IMG/VR virus record: IMGVR_UViG_3300043574_000003
Location: 1-43,564 of that record
Source of the DNA: a virus
Taxonomy: Duplodnaviria; Caudoviricetes
Direction: 5' to 3' (one strand)
Length of the DNA: 43,564 nt
Shown piece after piece: positions 1-7,725 of the stretch (the stretch's first letter is position 1; every line of letters begins with the position of its first letter). Below the pieces are notes generated by a model. It did no database searches and was not told the DNA's origin. It saw only the letters and a program-made list of their open reading frames with translations. The position numbers and the translations under genes are program-made.

Positions 1-234
1 TTTCAGATACACCGGCAACGTCTTGCGCAGCCCCAGGTCGTCCAGCACGCGCCTGATGTGCTTCGGATCTAGCGTGAACGGCTGCGGGTCGGTGTCGCGC
101 TCGTCTTGGCGCAGGAATTCACGGGCCTGCTCCATCTTGTACGCCACCCAGTAAATGAAACAGATGCCGCCGGCGGCGATCACCAGCAACACGCTGATCA
201 GGTTGAGGCCTTCTTCAGTCAGAAACTTGTCCAT
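1..234 (-). CDS. small membrane protein, truncated by the window edge
   Basis: Hand-translated: ATG at 232-234, MDKFLTEEGLNLISVLLVIAAGGICFIYWVAYKMEQ..., one hydrophobic segment, no stop before base 1. Confidence 0.55.
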   Translation of the reverse strand, partial: MDKFLTEEGLNLISVLLVIAAGGICFIYWVAYKMEQAREFLRQDERDTDPQPFTLDPKHIRRVLDDLGLRKTLPVYLK

Positions 235-248
235 TGCATTCCCCTAGT

Positions 249-437
249 TTATTTGGCGCTCTTGCGCGCCGATTTGGTTTTTAACAGAAACAGCTCCCAG
301 CACGCCATGTCGATCGGGTCGCGGCCCGATTCCCAGCGGTACCACGCTAGGCGCTTGCGGTGCACCAGCGCGGCGGCCTGCTCCTGTGTCAGGCCGGCGG
401 CTTTGCGGGTCGCTGCAATTTCTTCTTTTGTCGGCAC
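249..437 (-). CDS. XRE/Cro-type helix-turn-helix protein
   Basis: RKAAGLTQEQAAALV...WYRWESG matches the HTH_3 pattern; GGAGG RBS upstream. Confidence 0.8.
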   Translation of the reverse strand: MPTKEEIAATRKAAGLTQEQAAALVHRKRLAWYRWESGRDPIDMACWELFLLKTKSARKSAK

Positions 438-476
438 AGTTCCTCCAATTGATGCCCGACTAGCGGGCGGGGTTGA

Positions 477-707
477 TTAGGCGGCGACTTTGGGCATGAT
501 GTGCGTGGCGATGCGCACCGAAGGAGCTGTGGTACCGGAGCGCTCATAGATGCTGGCGGCATAGTTGCCGATCTCGATCTCATCGTCAGCGGCGCGGTAC
601 GCTTGATCCAGAGTCGAGCAATCGAACTCATACGCCTGCTCGCCTGCTGCGCGGTCTGCTTTGGTTGCGAAAACGAGTACGTAGTATTTGGCTTTGTTCA
701 TGATCAT
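477..707 (-). CDS. hypothetical protein, co-transcribed with the XRE gene
   Basis: 76-aa ORF with GGAG RBS, directly downstream of a consensus-like promoter. Confidence 0.6.
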   Translation of the reverse strand: MIMNKAKYYVLVFATKADRAAGEQAYEFDCSTLDQAYRAADDEIEIGNYAASIYERSGTTAPSVRIATHIMPKVAA

Positions 708-749
708 TTCTCCAATTCCGCCGCGCCCGTTGCGCTGCCCATGGAAAGA

Positions 750-778
750 ATTATGTATCAGAAACGTACGTGGATCAA
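750..778 (-). promoter_or_regulatory. sigma70-like promoter TTGATC-N17-CATAAT
   Basis: Minus strand: -35 at 773-778, -10 at 750-755, 17-nt spacer, in an AT-rich intergenic gap. Confidence 0.65.
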
Positions 779-805
779 GTATTATTTTGATGCGTTGTTT
801 TGCGG

Positions 806-2176
806 TCAGTCGTCGAAGCCACGCCGAGTCATAGGTTTGGATTGCGGTGGCGCCGGATGCCAGCCGCGCGCCACATCCTCGAAGCGCGTGTATTGCCCGA
901 CATAGACCAGATTGACCTTGCTACCCGCGCCCTGGCGATTGAGGGCGATATTCAGCTCGGCGATCCCTTTGTCTGAGCTGTGCTCGTTGTAGACCTCGTC
1001 CCGGTACAAAAACATCGCAATATCGCAATCCTGTTCGATCGATCCGGAGTCGCGGAGATCAGATGGCAAGGGGCGCTTGTTAGGGCGTTCCTCAAGCTTG
1101 CGATTCAACTGAGACAGAAGCAGCACCACGCAGTTGAGTTCCTTGGCTAGCGCTTTCAGCCCGCGCGTGATGGCTTCGATTTGCGCGTTTCGGTTGTCGC
1201 CGGGACCGCTCATCAATTGCAGGTAGTCGATCACCAGCAGATCTAGGGCGCCGGCCTTGCGCTTGATGGCCATGGCCTTGCCGCGAACCTGCATCAGCGA
1301 CAAGCCGCCTTGGTCGTCTAGGTACAGCTGCATGTCGGTGAGCTTGATCGTGGTGCGGGTCAGAGCCTGCCAATCCTCGGTGGTGAATTTCTTCGGATCA
1401 TTCAGGTGGTTCAGGTCGATCCGGCCGATGCTGGCCAGATTCCGGTTATGTAGCTCGGCTTTGCCCATCTCCATCGACAGGACGGCCGCCACGCCGTCGA
1501 CCGCGACGTGATTGGCGATGTTTAGCGCCAGCGCCGTCTTGCCCATCTTCGGACGCGCGGCCAGTACCACCAGGTTCCCCCGGCGCGGGCCGCCGTTCAA
1601 CGCCGCATCCAAATCGGTGATGCCGGTGCCCACGGCCGGCGAACTGTTGCCGTGGTATTCGGCGTCGATGCGCTCAATGTGCTGCGTCAAGCTCTCGATG
1701 GCGCGCTCTGGCTCGCCGGTGGCGCTGACGCGGCCCAGGGCCTCCAGCTTCGCCGCCGCCGCATCGACCAGTACCGCGCCCTCTTCGGCAGACTGGTGCG
1801 CATCCTCGATCAATTCGTGGGCGATGGCCACCAGCCCACGTTTCAGCGCGCGGTCGCGCACCGTGCGGCAGTACTGCGCTATGTTCGCTGCGCTAGGCAT
1901 GCTCTGGTGCAGCGTGTTGAGGTAGCCGATATCGACCTGTTTCCCTTCGGATTGCAACAGCCCGAAAACGGTGATGACGTCGGCCGGCCGGTTCATGCCC
2001 ACCAGCTTCAGGATTGCGCGGAAGATCATGCGGTGCTGCGCGTCGAAGAAGTGCGCCTCGCCCAGGTCGCCGATCTGGTCGACGGCGCGGTTCAGCCGCA
2101 GTAGGGCGCCCAGCACGGACTGCTCATGCTCGATGGCCACCATGCGATCGGTGTAGCGGTCGTCAGTGGGCATCAT
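806..2176 (-). CDS. dnaB: replicative DNA helicase, DnaB family
   Basis: AARPKMGKT Walker A, LSMEM, VIDYLQLM, LSQLNR, SDLRDSGSIEQD motifs. Confidence 0.96.
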   Translation of the reverse strand: MMPTDDRYTDRMVAIEHEQSVLGALLRLNRAVDQIGDLGEAHFFDAQHRMIFRAILKLVGMNRPADVITVFGLLQSEGKQVDIGYLNTLHQSMPSAANIAQYCRTVRDRALKRGLVAIAHELIEDAHQSAEEGAVLVDAAAAKLEALGRVSATGEPERAIESLTQHIERIDAEYHGNSSPAVGTGITDLDAALNGGPRRGNLVVLAARPKMGKTALALNIANHVAVDGVAAVLSMEMGKAELHNRNLASIGRIDLNHLNDPKKFTTEDWQALTRTTIKLTDMQLYLDDQGGLSLMQVRGKAMAIKRKAGALDLLVIDYLQLMSGPGDNRNAQIEAITRGLKALAKELNCVVLLLSQLNRKLEERPNKRPLPSDLRDSGSIEQDCDIAMFLYRDEVYNEHSSDKGIAELNIALNRQGAGSKVNLVYVGQYTRFEDVARGWHPAPPQSKPMTRRGFDD

Positions 2177-2997
2177 GCTGCTTTCCTTTTGGCGGCTTCA
2201 GCCGTGTTCTTGGCCTGCACGCCGGCCGATGTCAGCGCGCAATTGCCGTTATTGTCGAAGTACCACAGCTTGAACCAGTTCCCGCGCACCGACTTGCCGA
2301 ACACGATGCGCCAAGCCTTGTACTTTTTCGCCCCCTCGACGGTGTAACGCGCCCGAAACTCGGACCACTGCAGCGCCAGCACGTCATGACTGATGCCAGC
2401 CTCGGCGGCATAATCAAAAACACAATCGTCTTCAGGAACGGGCTTGACGCCTTCAGCCTTGCATTCAGCCAAGAATGTTTTCAGCGAGATAGCGGCACGA
2501 ACTTTTTTGACTGGCACGATTGCCCCCGAAGGGGGTATGGGGGTATTTGCTTTTACTTCTTCTCTTCTCTTCTCTTCTCTAGGTAACGCACTGGTAACGG
2601 TCACTGCGTTAGCGATTTCGTGAAGTTGCGTTACCGACTGCGTTACCACAGCGTTAGTTTTGTGATTTGCTACACGTTTTGCGGTCTGAGCACGGCTTTT
2701 TGCCGATGCGCCGTTGTGTTCTTCGAAACGAGTTAAGGTGATGCCGCCAGGGGTATCGGCGATCCAGTCGATGCTAAGCAGTGCCGCCCCCATACCAGGA
2801 ACGCCGGATTCACGATCGATCGCCTTGAGACTCAGGCCCGGCATGTGCCCATCCTGCGTGTGTTCGTCAGCCGATGACCAGAGCCAGTACAGCGCGCCGA
2901 CGACGGCCGGCTTGCTTGCATCGGTCAAATCGCAAAGCTGGGAAACTCGGGGGTCGGTCCAGAGGTTTGTGCGGACCTTGATCCATTCGCCGGCCAT
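2173..2997 (-). CDS. phage replication initiator protein
   Basis: MAGEWIKVR N-terminus, Lys/Glu/Arg-rich linker REEKRREE with internal iteron-like repeats, ATGA overlap with dnaB: lambdoid initiator-helicase arrangement. Confidence 0.75.
   Translation of the reverse strand: MAGEWIKVRTNLWTDPRVSQLCDLTDASKPAVVGALYWLWSSADEHTQDGHMPGLSLKAIDRESGVPGMGAALLSIDWIADTPGGITLTRFEEHNGASAKSRAQTAKRVANHKTNAVVTQSVTQLHEIANAVTVTSALPREEKRREEVKANTPIPPSGAIVPVKKVRAAISLKTFLAECKAEGVKPVPEDDCVFDYAAEAGISHDVLALQWSEFRARYTVEGAKKYKAWRIVFGKSVRGNWFKLWYFDNNGNCALTSAGVQAKNTAEAAKRKAA
2561..2657. repeat. putative replication origin: iteron-like GCGTTAC/GGTAACG repeats plus (TCTCT)n tract inside the initiator gene
   Basis: ggtaacg at 2582 and 2593; gcgtta(c/g) at ~2606, 2628, 2640, 2651; polypyrimidine tract 2561-2580. 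Lambdoid origins lie within the initiator gene. Confidence 0.55.
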
Positions 2998-2998
2998 C

Positions 2999-3121
2999 TC
3001 AAACCCCGCAGTGTGCGGCGATGCGCTTGATGGCAGCTTCGTATTCGGCCGGGGTGGCGTCGGGATGGGCGCTTACCAACGCTGCCTTAAGAATTTCGTA
3101 GTGCTGGTAATTCGCTTGCAT
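2999..3121 (-). CDS. 40-aa small protein / leader peptide upstream of the initiator
   Basis: MQANYQHYEILKAALVSAHPDATPAEYEAAIKRIAAHCGV; AAAGGA RBS; stop lies 1 nt before the initiator ATG. Confidence 0.65.
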   Translation of the reverse strand: MQANYQHYEILKAALVSAHPDATPAEYEAAIKRIAAHCGV

Positions 3122-3262
3122 GGCTAATCCTTTAGGCTGCACGTTGAACCGGGTCGCATTCCCTTTACACGATGGCGAGCGCCGTCGATGGGTCCGGTAA
3201 AACGTGCAGTCTGAAAGATTCATTTGAGAATTTCGTGTAAATATAGGCCGCGACAGCCTGAG
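3122..3262 (-). ncRNA. structured 5' leader RNA (long RBS-sequestering stem with alternative pairings)
   Basis: Stem 3126-3152 with 3194-3220; 9-bp complement 3164-3172/3233-3241; loop of small hairpin 3245-3259 complementary to 3153-3158. Confidence 0.6.
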
Positions 3263-3267
3263 CAGTA

Positions 3268-3297
3268 ATCGTATGCGAGTTTCCCCGCATGCGTCAA
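3268..3297 (-). promoter_or_regulatory. sigma70-like promoter TTGACG-N18-TACGAT
   Basis: -35 at 3292-3297, -10 at 3268-3273; predicted start just before the leader hairpin. Confidence 0.6.
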
Positions 3298-3315
3298 GGA
3301 AATTATTGCGAGTCG

Positions 3316-3447
3316 TCAAATCGCCTTTCCGTAAATCCGCGCGCAGTACCACAGCACGAACGCCTCGCGCGCGGTCGGGCCGACGAATACGCCGTCGTCG
3401 GCGATGCACAGCCAGGCGCCAGAGTGGGGCTTGAGGTGTGGCTTCAT
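3316..3447 (-). CDS. 43-aa hypothetical protein
   Basis: Hand-translated MKPHLKPHSGAWLCIADDGVFVGPTAREAFVLWYCARIYGKAI; ATGA overlap with the methyltransferase stop. Confidence 0.55.
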   Translation of the reverse strand: MKPHLKPHSGAWLCIADDGVFVGPTAREAFVLWYCARIYGKAI

Positions 3448-3920
3448 GCTGCCACCACACGACCAAGCCCACTGCGTTCCAGCGCCAGCACGTTCAACGC
3501 CCCGTAGGCAATCAAGCAGATAGGTGCGCCGCTGTTGAACGGCGCCCGCTTGCCGTCGACGGTATGGAAGTGCGGCCGGCCCTTGATGAACAGCACGGCG
3601 TCAGCAACCTGCCACACCGTCTCGTAAAACATCGCGGTCTCGGTGCGCGCCGGGATCAGTGCCACGCCGTTGCCGTGCGCGGCCATCTTGCGCATCCAGT
3701 GAATCGCCTCGCGGCCAAACGGCGGATTGCACCAGACGCGTCCCGCCCAAGGCTGCAACAGGCCGCTATCCTCTACGGTGAAGTGGCGCGCGGCGGTGTC
3801 CCATGGTCGGGCAACAGGAGCGCACGGATCCAAGTCGAACGTGCCGAGAGGAGCCAAGATGCTCGGCGGTGTCAGCCATTCGTCATGACCTCCATTTTTT
3901 TGATGCGACGACATGCTCAC
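3444..3920 (-). CDS. phage DNA N6-adenine methyltransferase
   Basis: DEWLTP, FDLDPCA (SAM binding), WCNPPF (catalytic) and LIPARTET motifs. Confidence 0.88.
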   Translation of the reverse strand: MSMSSHQKNGGHDEWLTPPSILAPLGTFDLDPCAPVARPWDTAARHFTVEDSGLLQPWAGRVWCNPPFGREAIHWMRKMAAHGNGVALIPARTETAMFYETVWQVADAVLFIKGRPHFHTVDGKRAPFNSGAPICLIAYGALNVLALERSGLGRVVAA

Positions 3921-4360
3921 AGCAGCACCTCCTGCGGCTGGGCGGCGGGGATGGCGGTGATGCGGACAACGACCCTCGCCGGCTTCTCGTCAGGCTCCAT
4001 GCGCATCACGATCAGCTGGAACACGGTCTTGTCGTCGCCGAATGCCGAGTCCTTCAGGCCGTCCAGCAATAATTTCGTTATATTGTCCGCGTCGATGGCG
4101 CGAACACTGTCATCCCAATGGGCGCCCAGCTTGCGCATGCGCGTCTGCCAATCCTTCGGGCGCTGCGGGTACATCCACAGCTCAATCTTGACCCGGCCAA
4201 CGATCTTCTGGAAGCCAGCAGCCAGTGCGGCCGCGCGCACCTTGGCCTTGTATTCTGTCGCTTCCTTCGTATTCATGATCGACAGGTGCTTGCCGCGCGA
4301 GACCGGCATCAGGTAGCGGTTGGCCGAGAATATCGGCAGGGTGAGGATGATCGGGGTCAC
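3917..4360 (-). CDS. rusA: RusA-family Holliday junction resolvase
   Basis: LPIFSANRY N-terminus and DADNITKLLLDGL...DDKTV acidic catalytic motif. Confidence 0.85.
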   Translation of the reverse strand: MTPIILTLPIFSANRYLMPVSRGKHLSIMNTKEATEYKAKVRAAALAAGFQKIVGRVKIELWMYPQRPKDWQTRMRKLGAHWDDSVRAIDADNITKLLLDGLKDSAFGDDKTVFQLIVMRMEPDEKPARVVVRITAIPAAQPQEVLL

Positions 4361-4767
4361 GGCATCAGGCCTTTCTTTTTCAGGATTATGTGAGTCTCGC
4401 CGCGCGCCCGGATGAAGGCGCCTTCGAGCAGCAGCAGGGAAAGCCAGTCCGGGCGCGGCGCGCGACCGTCAAGCACGTCATGACACGAACTGCAGCCGAA
4501 GCACGCTTCGGTGTCAGGCGCCTTCAGGCCCATGCCCTTGCCGTCGGCCAGCGCGTTGCTGTGGCAGAGCACCGTAGTGGCCGGGTCGAAGTTGCACACT
4601 CCGGGGATGCGCAGTGTGCAATCCTGATTACGCGCCGCCTTGCGGATCGGCGTCATGCGCGGTCCCTTGCTCTTCATCTTCGCGCGCGCCGCTGGGGCCT
4701 TGGTGGTGGCGCCAGGCTTCGACTTGAACGCTGTGCGGGTCATCGGTTTGGAGCGCGCCCAGGTCAT
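4357..4767 (-). CDS. DUF1364-like Cys/His-rich putative nuclease
   Basis: ARNQDCTLRIPGVCNFDPATTVLCH...GMGLK..D...CSSCHDVLDGR pattern. Confidence 0.8.
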   Translation of the reverse strand: MTWARSKPMTRTAFKSKPGATTKAPAARAKMKSKGPRMTPIRKAARNQDCTLRIPGVCNFDPATTVLCHSNALADGKGMGLKAPDTEACFGCSSCHDVLDGRAPRPDWLSLLLLEGAFIRARGETHIILKKKGLMP

Positions 4768-5177
4768 GCGCTCACCGCCGCAGGATGAAAGAACGCAGCC
4801 GGCAGCGCGAACGAATCGGGTTTCATGCCGATCTGCTTGGCACGCGTGATGATGCGCTTGGCATCATCGACTTTGATTGGCTGCAGAATAGGAATCTGTT
4901 TCGCTCTCTTGCCGCGCTTTTTACTCGGCGGTGGCATATCGGGACGGTCTTTGTACGTGATCGTCCACGCGCTGGGCAGTTGCCCCCATCGACTGCGCAC
5001 ACCTGGCTTGTCTATGACATGCTCCGAATCGCGCAGCTTGTGTAGATTGGCGCGAATCGCGCTCGCGCGTAGCTCAAACTTTTCGCAAAGTTGCATCACT
5101 GAGCAACCCGGATTTGCCGCAACAAAGTCATAGATGCCCAGCATGCGCTCCAAAGCGAATTTCTCAAAGCGGTTCAT
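4764..5177 (-). CDS. winged helix-turn-helix protein
   Basis: IYDFVAANPGCSVMQLCEKFELRASAIRANLHKL resembles a wHTH; overlaps both neighbours by ATGA. Confidence 0.6.
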   Translation of the reverse strand: MNRFEKFALERMLGIYDFVAANPGCSVMQLCEKFELRASAIRANLHKLRDSEHVIDKPGVRSRWGQLPSAWTITYKDRPDMPPPSKKRGKRAKQIPILQPIKVDDAKRIITRAKQIGMKPDSFALPAAFFHPAAVSA

Positions 5178-5416
5178 TTTGGAACCTTTGGAAACCGTGC
5201 GGCATGCAACCCGGCGATCTGCAATAGAAGGTCTTGGCCGCGCATATCCGACAAGTCAAACAGCGCCAGCAACTGCGCGCGGCGAGGGTCAACCAGCATC
5301 GGGATCGGAGCTACCTGTTCGAACTGGCGACGGCCTTGCGTTACGGTGTTGGCGGCATCAACTTTGAGTATGTGGTCAAGCTGTTGGATGCCGGCGGTTT
5401 TGAATTCGTTGCTCAT
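5174..5416 (-). CDS. hypothetical protein
   Basis: 80-aa ORF tightly packed with ATGA overlaps; GAGGGG RBS. Confidence 0.6.
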   Translation of the reverse strand: MSNEFKTAGIQQLDHILKVDAANTVTQGRRQFEQVAPIPMLVDPRRAQLLALFDLSDMRGQDLLLQIAGLHAARFPKVPK

Positions 5417-5874
5417 GATTTCCCCTCGTTAGGTGAAACGTGGAAAGTGACACCGAGACTAGCGCCGAATGCATACAGCGATTCTAGATATTGCGCCATG
5501 CCCTTCACGGTGAGCTTGGTGGTGGTACCGATCAGCGCGCGGTCGCCCTTTGGCGTGATCGTCCACTTCTCGTAGCCCTCGCGGCACAGCAGTGGGTCGA
5601 ATTCTTCGGGCAGCAGTTCCTGCTTCAAAAATTCGTGCCAAGCTTCCGCGCTGTACTTGCGGCCTTCGAGCCATGCCTGCTCCGCGATGTCGGCTAAAGG
5701 CCCAGCCCACATCAGCGCGTTCTGATCTGGCTTGCGCGGCGGCCGGTATTCATCGACGGTGATCTGCAACGGCTTGTCGGCATCCAGCGGCAGGTTGCGC
5801 ACCAGCGCCAGCGCACGCTCCCGCTGCTCTTCAGCGCGCAGCACGATGACCCGTTTGGCGAATGGCTGGCGCAT
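5413..5874 (-). CDS. ninB: NinB/YbcN-family recombination protein
   Basis: RKPDQNALMW, LADIAEQ, AEAWHEFLK, TTKLTVKGMAQYLESLYAFGA motifs. Confidence 0.85.
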   Translation of the reverse strand: MRQPFAKRVIVLRAEEQRERALALVRNLPLDADKPLQITVDEYRPPRKPDQNALMWAGPLADIAEQAWLEGRKYSAEAWHEFLKQELLPEEFDPLLCREGYEKWTITPKGDRALIGTTTKLTVKGMAQYLESLYAFGASLGVTFHVSPNEGKS

Positions 5875-5877
5875 GGC

Positions 5878-6096
5878 TTAATTCAGCAATGCCTGAATGT
5901 CGCGCACGGCCATCCCTGTCGCCAGATGGATATCGATAACCATCTGCGCGCTGACGTTCAGCCTACCGTGGCGCACCTTGCTGATTGCGGCGGGGGTCTG
6001 CTCCAGGAAGCGCGCCAGCGCGGCATCGTTTTTCAGCTTGTTTGCCTTGATGATGTGGTCAAGAAGCTTATGCGATGTGTCTTTTACGTCACTCAT
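5878..6096 (-). CDS. Cro-like HTH regulator, first gene of the leftward early operon
   Basis: KNDAALARFLEQTPAAISKVRHG HTH; AAGGAG RBS; first gene after the divergent promoter. Confidence 0.75.
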   Translation of the reverse strand: MSDVKDTSHKLLDHIIKANKLKNDAALARFLEQTPAAISKVRHGRLNVSAQMVIDIHLATGMAVRDIQALLN

Positions 6097-6139
6097 GATT
6101 GTGTTTCTCCTTTAGTCATATCCAGAAGCGGATACACTT

Positions 6140-6168
6140 ATAGTAAAGGAGATTCTATGTTCACACAA
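6140..6168 (-). promoter_or_regulatory. leftward early promoter TTGTGT-N17-TACTAT
   Basis: -35 at 6163-6168, -10 at 6140-6145, in the AT-rich divergence region. Confidence 0.55.
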
Positions 6169-6190
6169 GAAATATCTTTTCAAATACTTC

Positions 6191-6219
6191 TTGCTTGTTT
6201 GTGGCTTGTTGGATATAGT
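6191..6219 (+). promoter_or_regulatory. rightward early promoter TTGCTT-N17-TATAGT
   Basis: -35 at 6191-6196, -10 at 6214-6219. Confidence 0.6.
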
Positions 6220-6277
6220 TCTATCCATGGCATCGCATCCAGCGTGCCATTCAACCTCAACATCAGGAGCCTTAAAC

Positions 6278-6685
6278 ATGAAACGCATTCTTTTCGCCGC
6301 AGCACTCGCAATCGCATCGATCGGCGCATTCGCCGGCACACCAACCACCGTCACCAACGAATCCGGTAATGTCGTCTACGGCACCGCCCAGGCGCTGAGC
6401 GTCGAGAAAGACACGTCGGCCGGCTTCAATCGCGTAAAGGTCAAATATTCCAGCGGCTTCCAGTTCGTGGCCGACGATGCGAGCTGGGCGCGCTACGCAA
6501 AAATCGTCGTCAGCTTCGGAATGCCTGTGGCGGCCACGCCGACCCTGATCTACGACACGACCAAGTCGAACGGCATCAGCTGCCAGGGCGGTCAATCGAC
6601 CATCGCGTGGCCCAATGTCGGTATGGCCGAGTCGCTGAACGACGGCTGTGCATTCTTCAACGCGGCCAAGGGTTCCAGCAACTAA
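6278..6685 (+). CDS. secreted/periplasmic protein with Sec signal peptide
   Basis: AGGAG RBS then MKRILFAAALAIASIGAFA (signal peptide with AxA site); two Cys in the mature part. Confidence 0.75.
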   Translation: MKRILFAAALAIASIGAFAGTPTTVTNESGNVVYGTAQALSVEKDTSAGFNRVKVKYSSGFQFVADDASWARYAKIVVSFGMPVAATPTLIYDTTKSNGISCQGGQSTIAWPNVGMAESLNDGCAFFNAAKGSSN

Positions 6686-6708
6686 CCAGATCCTCACAGC
6701 AGGACCAA

Positions 6709-6729
6709 GGCCGCTCACGAAGCGGCTTT
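6709..6729 (+). terminator. possible intrinsic terminator
   Basis: gccgct-cacga-agcggc hairpin followed by only ttt (weak U tract). Confidence 0.4.
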
Positions 6730-6755
6730 GCCGATACTAACCCAAGGGAGAAACG

Positions 6756-6863
6756 ATGAACCGACCAATACCAACCTGCCGCCCGGTGTGGAACCGCTGG
6801 GCCTTCCGCCTGATCGTGCTAATCGTGGCCGCTTTCCTGCTGGGTGCGGGGTGGCCGAAATGA
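6756..6863 (+). CDS. 35-aa membrane peptide
   Basis: GGGAG RBS; MNRPIPTCRPVWNRWAFRLIVLIVAAFLLGAGWPK; ATGA overlap with the next gene. Confidence 0.55.
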   Translation: MNRPIPTCRPVWNRWAFRLIVLIVAAFLLGAGWPK

Positions 6864-7084
6864 GCGAGTGGATTAAATGCAGCGATAGACTGCCAGAATT
6901 GCGCGACGATAGTGTGCTGGCGTTCTTCTCAGAAAATGGCGGCATCGACATGGTGCACATCGAAGATTGGTTCGGCGACATCACTTGTGGCGTTGATGTA
7001 GACGGCAAGCAACTGTACGTGAAAATGTACGCTACTCGCGGGGTTACCCACTGGATGCCCCTCCCACCACCACCTGAAGTTTAA
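6860..7084 (+). CDS. DUF551-family protein
   Basis: MSEWIKCSDRLPE...VTHWMPLPPPP signature. Confidence 0.85.
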   Translation: MSEWIKCSDRLPELRDDSVLAFFSENGGIDMVHIEDWFGDITCGVDVDGKQLYVKMYATRGVTHWMPLPPPPEV

Positions 7085-7110
7085 CGCTGGTCTACCAGCA
7101 GAGGAAGAAG

Positions 7111-7725
7111 ATGCAAACTACCCTGAACCAAATCCGCGAACACTCACCATGCCAAGAAGGCTGGACGAAGTTACTGCGCGCCCTGAACAAAACTAAAGCC
7201 GACGACGATCCAGTAAGCATCGTGCAAGTCCTCGACAGCAACGGCCTGGATGATGCGCTGTGGTGCCTGCGTGCCGTCAAAGGCTGCGACAAAGAAATCC
7301 GCCTGTACGCGGTCTGGTGCGCCCGTCAAGTCGAACATCTGATGAACGCTGATCGCAGCAAGCAAGCCCTGGTTGTTGCTGAGCGGTTTGCTAATGGGGA
7401 GGCCACCGAGCAAGAACGGGCTGCTGCGTGGGCTGCTGCGTGGGCTGCTGCGTGGGCTGCTGCGTGGGCTGCTGCGTGGGCTGCTGCGTGGGCTGCTGCG
7501 GGGGCTGCTGCGTGGGATGCTGCGAGGGCTGCTGCGTGGGATGCTGCGAGGGCTGCTGCGGGGGCTGCTGCGTGGGATGCTGCGTGGGCTGCTGCGGGGG
7601 CTGCTGCGTGGGATGCTGCGAGGGCTGCTGCGGGGGCTGCTGCGTGGGATGCTGCGAGGGCTGCGCAAGCCGCTGAACTGCGCCGCGTTTGCGCCAAATG
7701 GGAAGCTAATCAGGTGCCAGCATGA
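7111..7725 (+). CDS. phage protein with Ala/Trp-rich tetrapeptide repeats
   Basis: TTLNQIREHSPC.EGW.KLL, SNGLDDALWCLRA N-domain followed by AAAW/DAAR/AAAG repeats; GAGGA RBS. Confidence 0.8.
   Translation: MQTTLNQIREHSPCQEGWTKLLRALNKTKADDDPVSIVQVLDSNGLDDALWCLRAVKGCDKEIRLYAVWCARQVEHLMNADRSKQALVVAERFANGEATEQERAAAWAAAWAAAWAAAWAAAWAAAWAAAGAAAWDAARAAAWDAARAAAGAAAWDAAWAAAGAAAWDAARAAAGAAAWDAARAAQAAELRRVCAKWEANQVPA
7420..7659 (+). repeat. 20 x 12-bp tandem repeat G(C/A)TGCTGCG(T/G/A)GG
   Basis: Directly visible in-frame array; only unit positions 2 and 10 vary. Confidence 0.95.

Noticed and set aside
7420-7659. Possible CRISPR array
   Set aside because: Units are contiguous 12-mers with no spacers and encode an in-frame peptide repeat; no cas genes.
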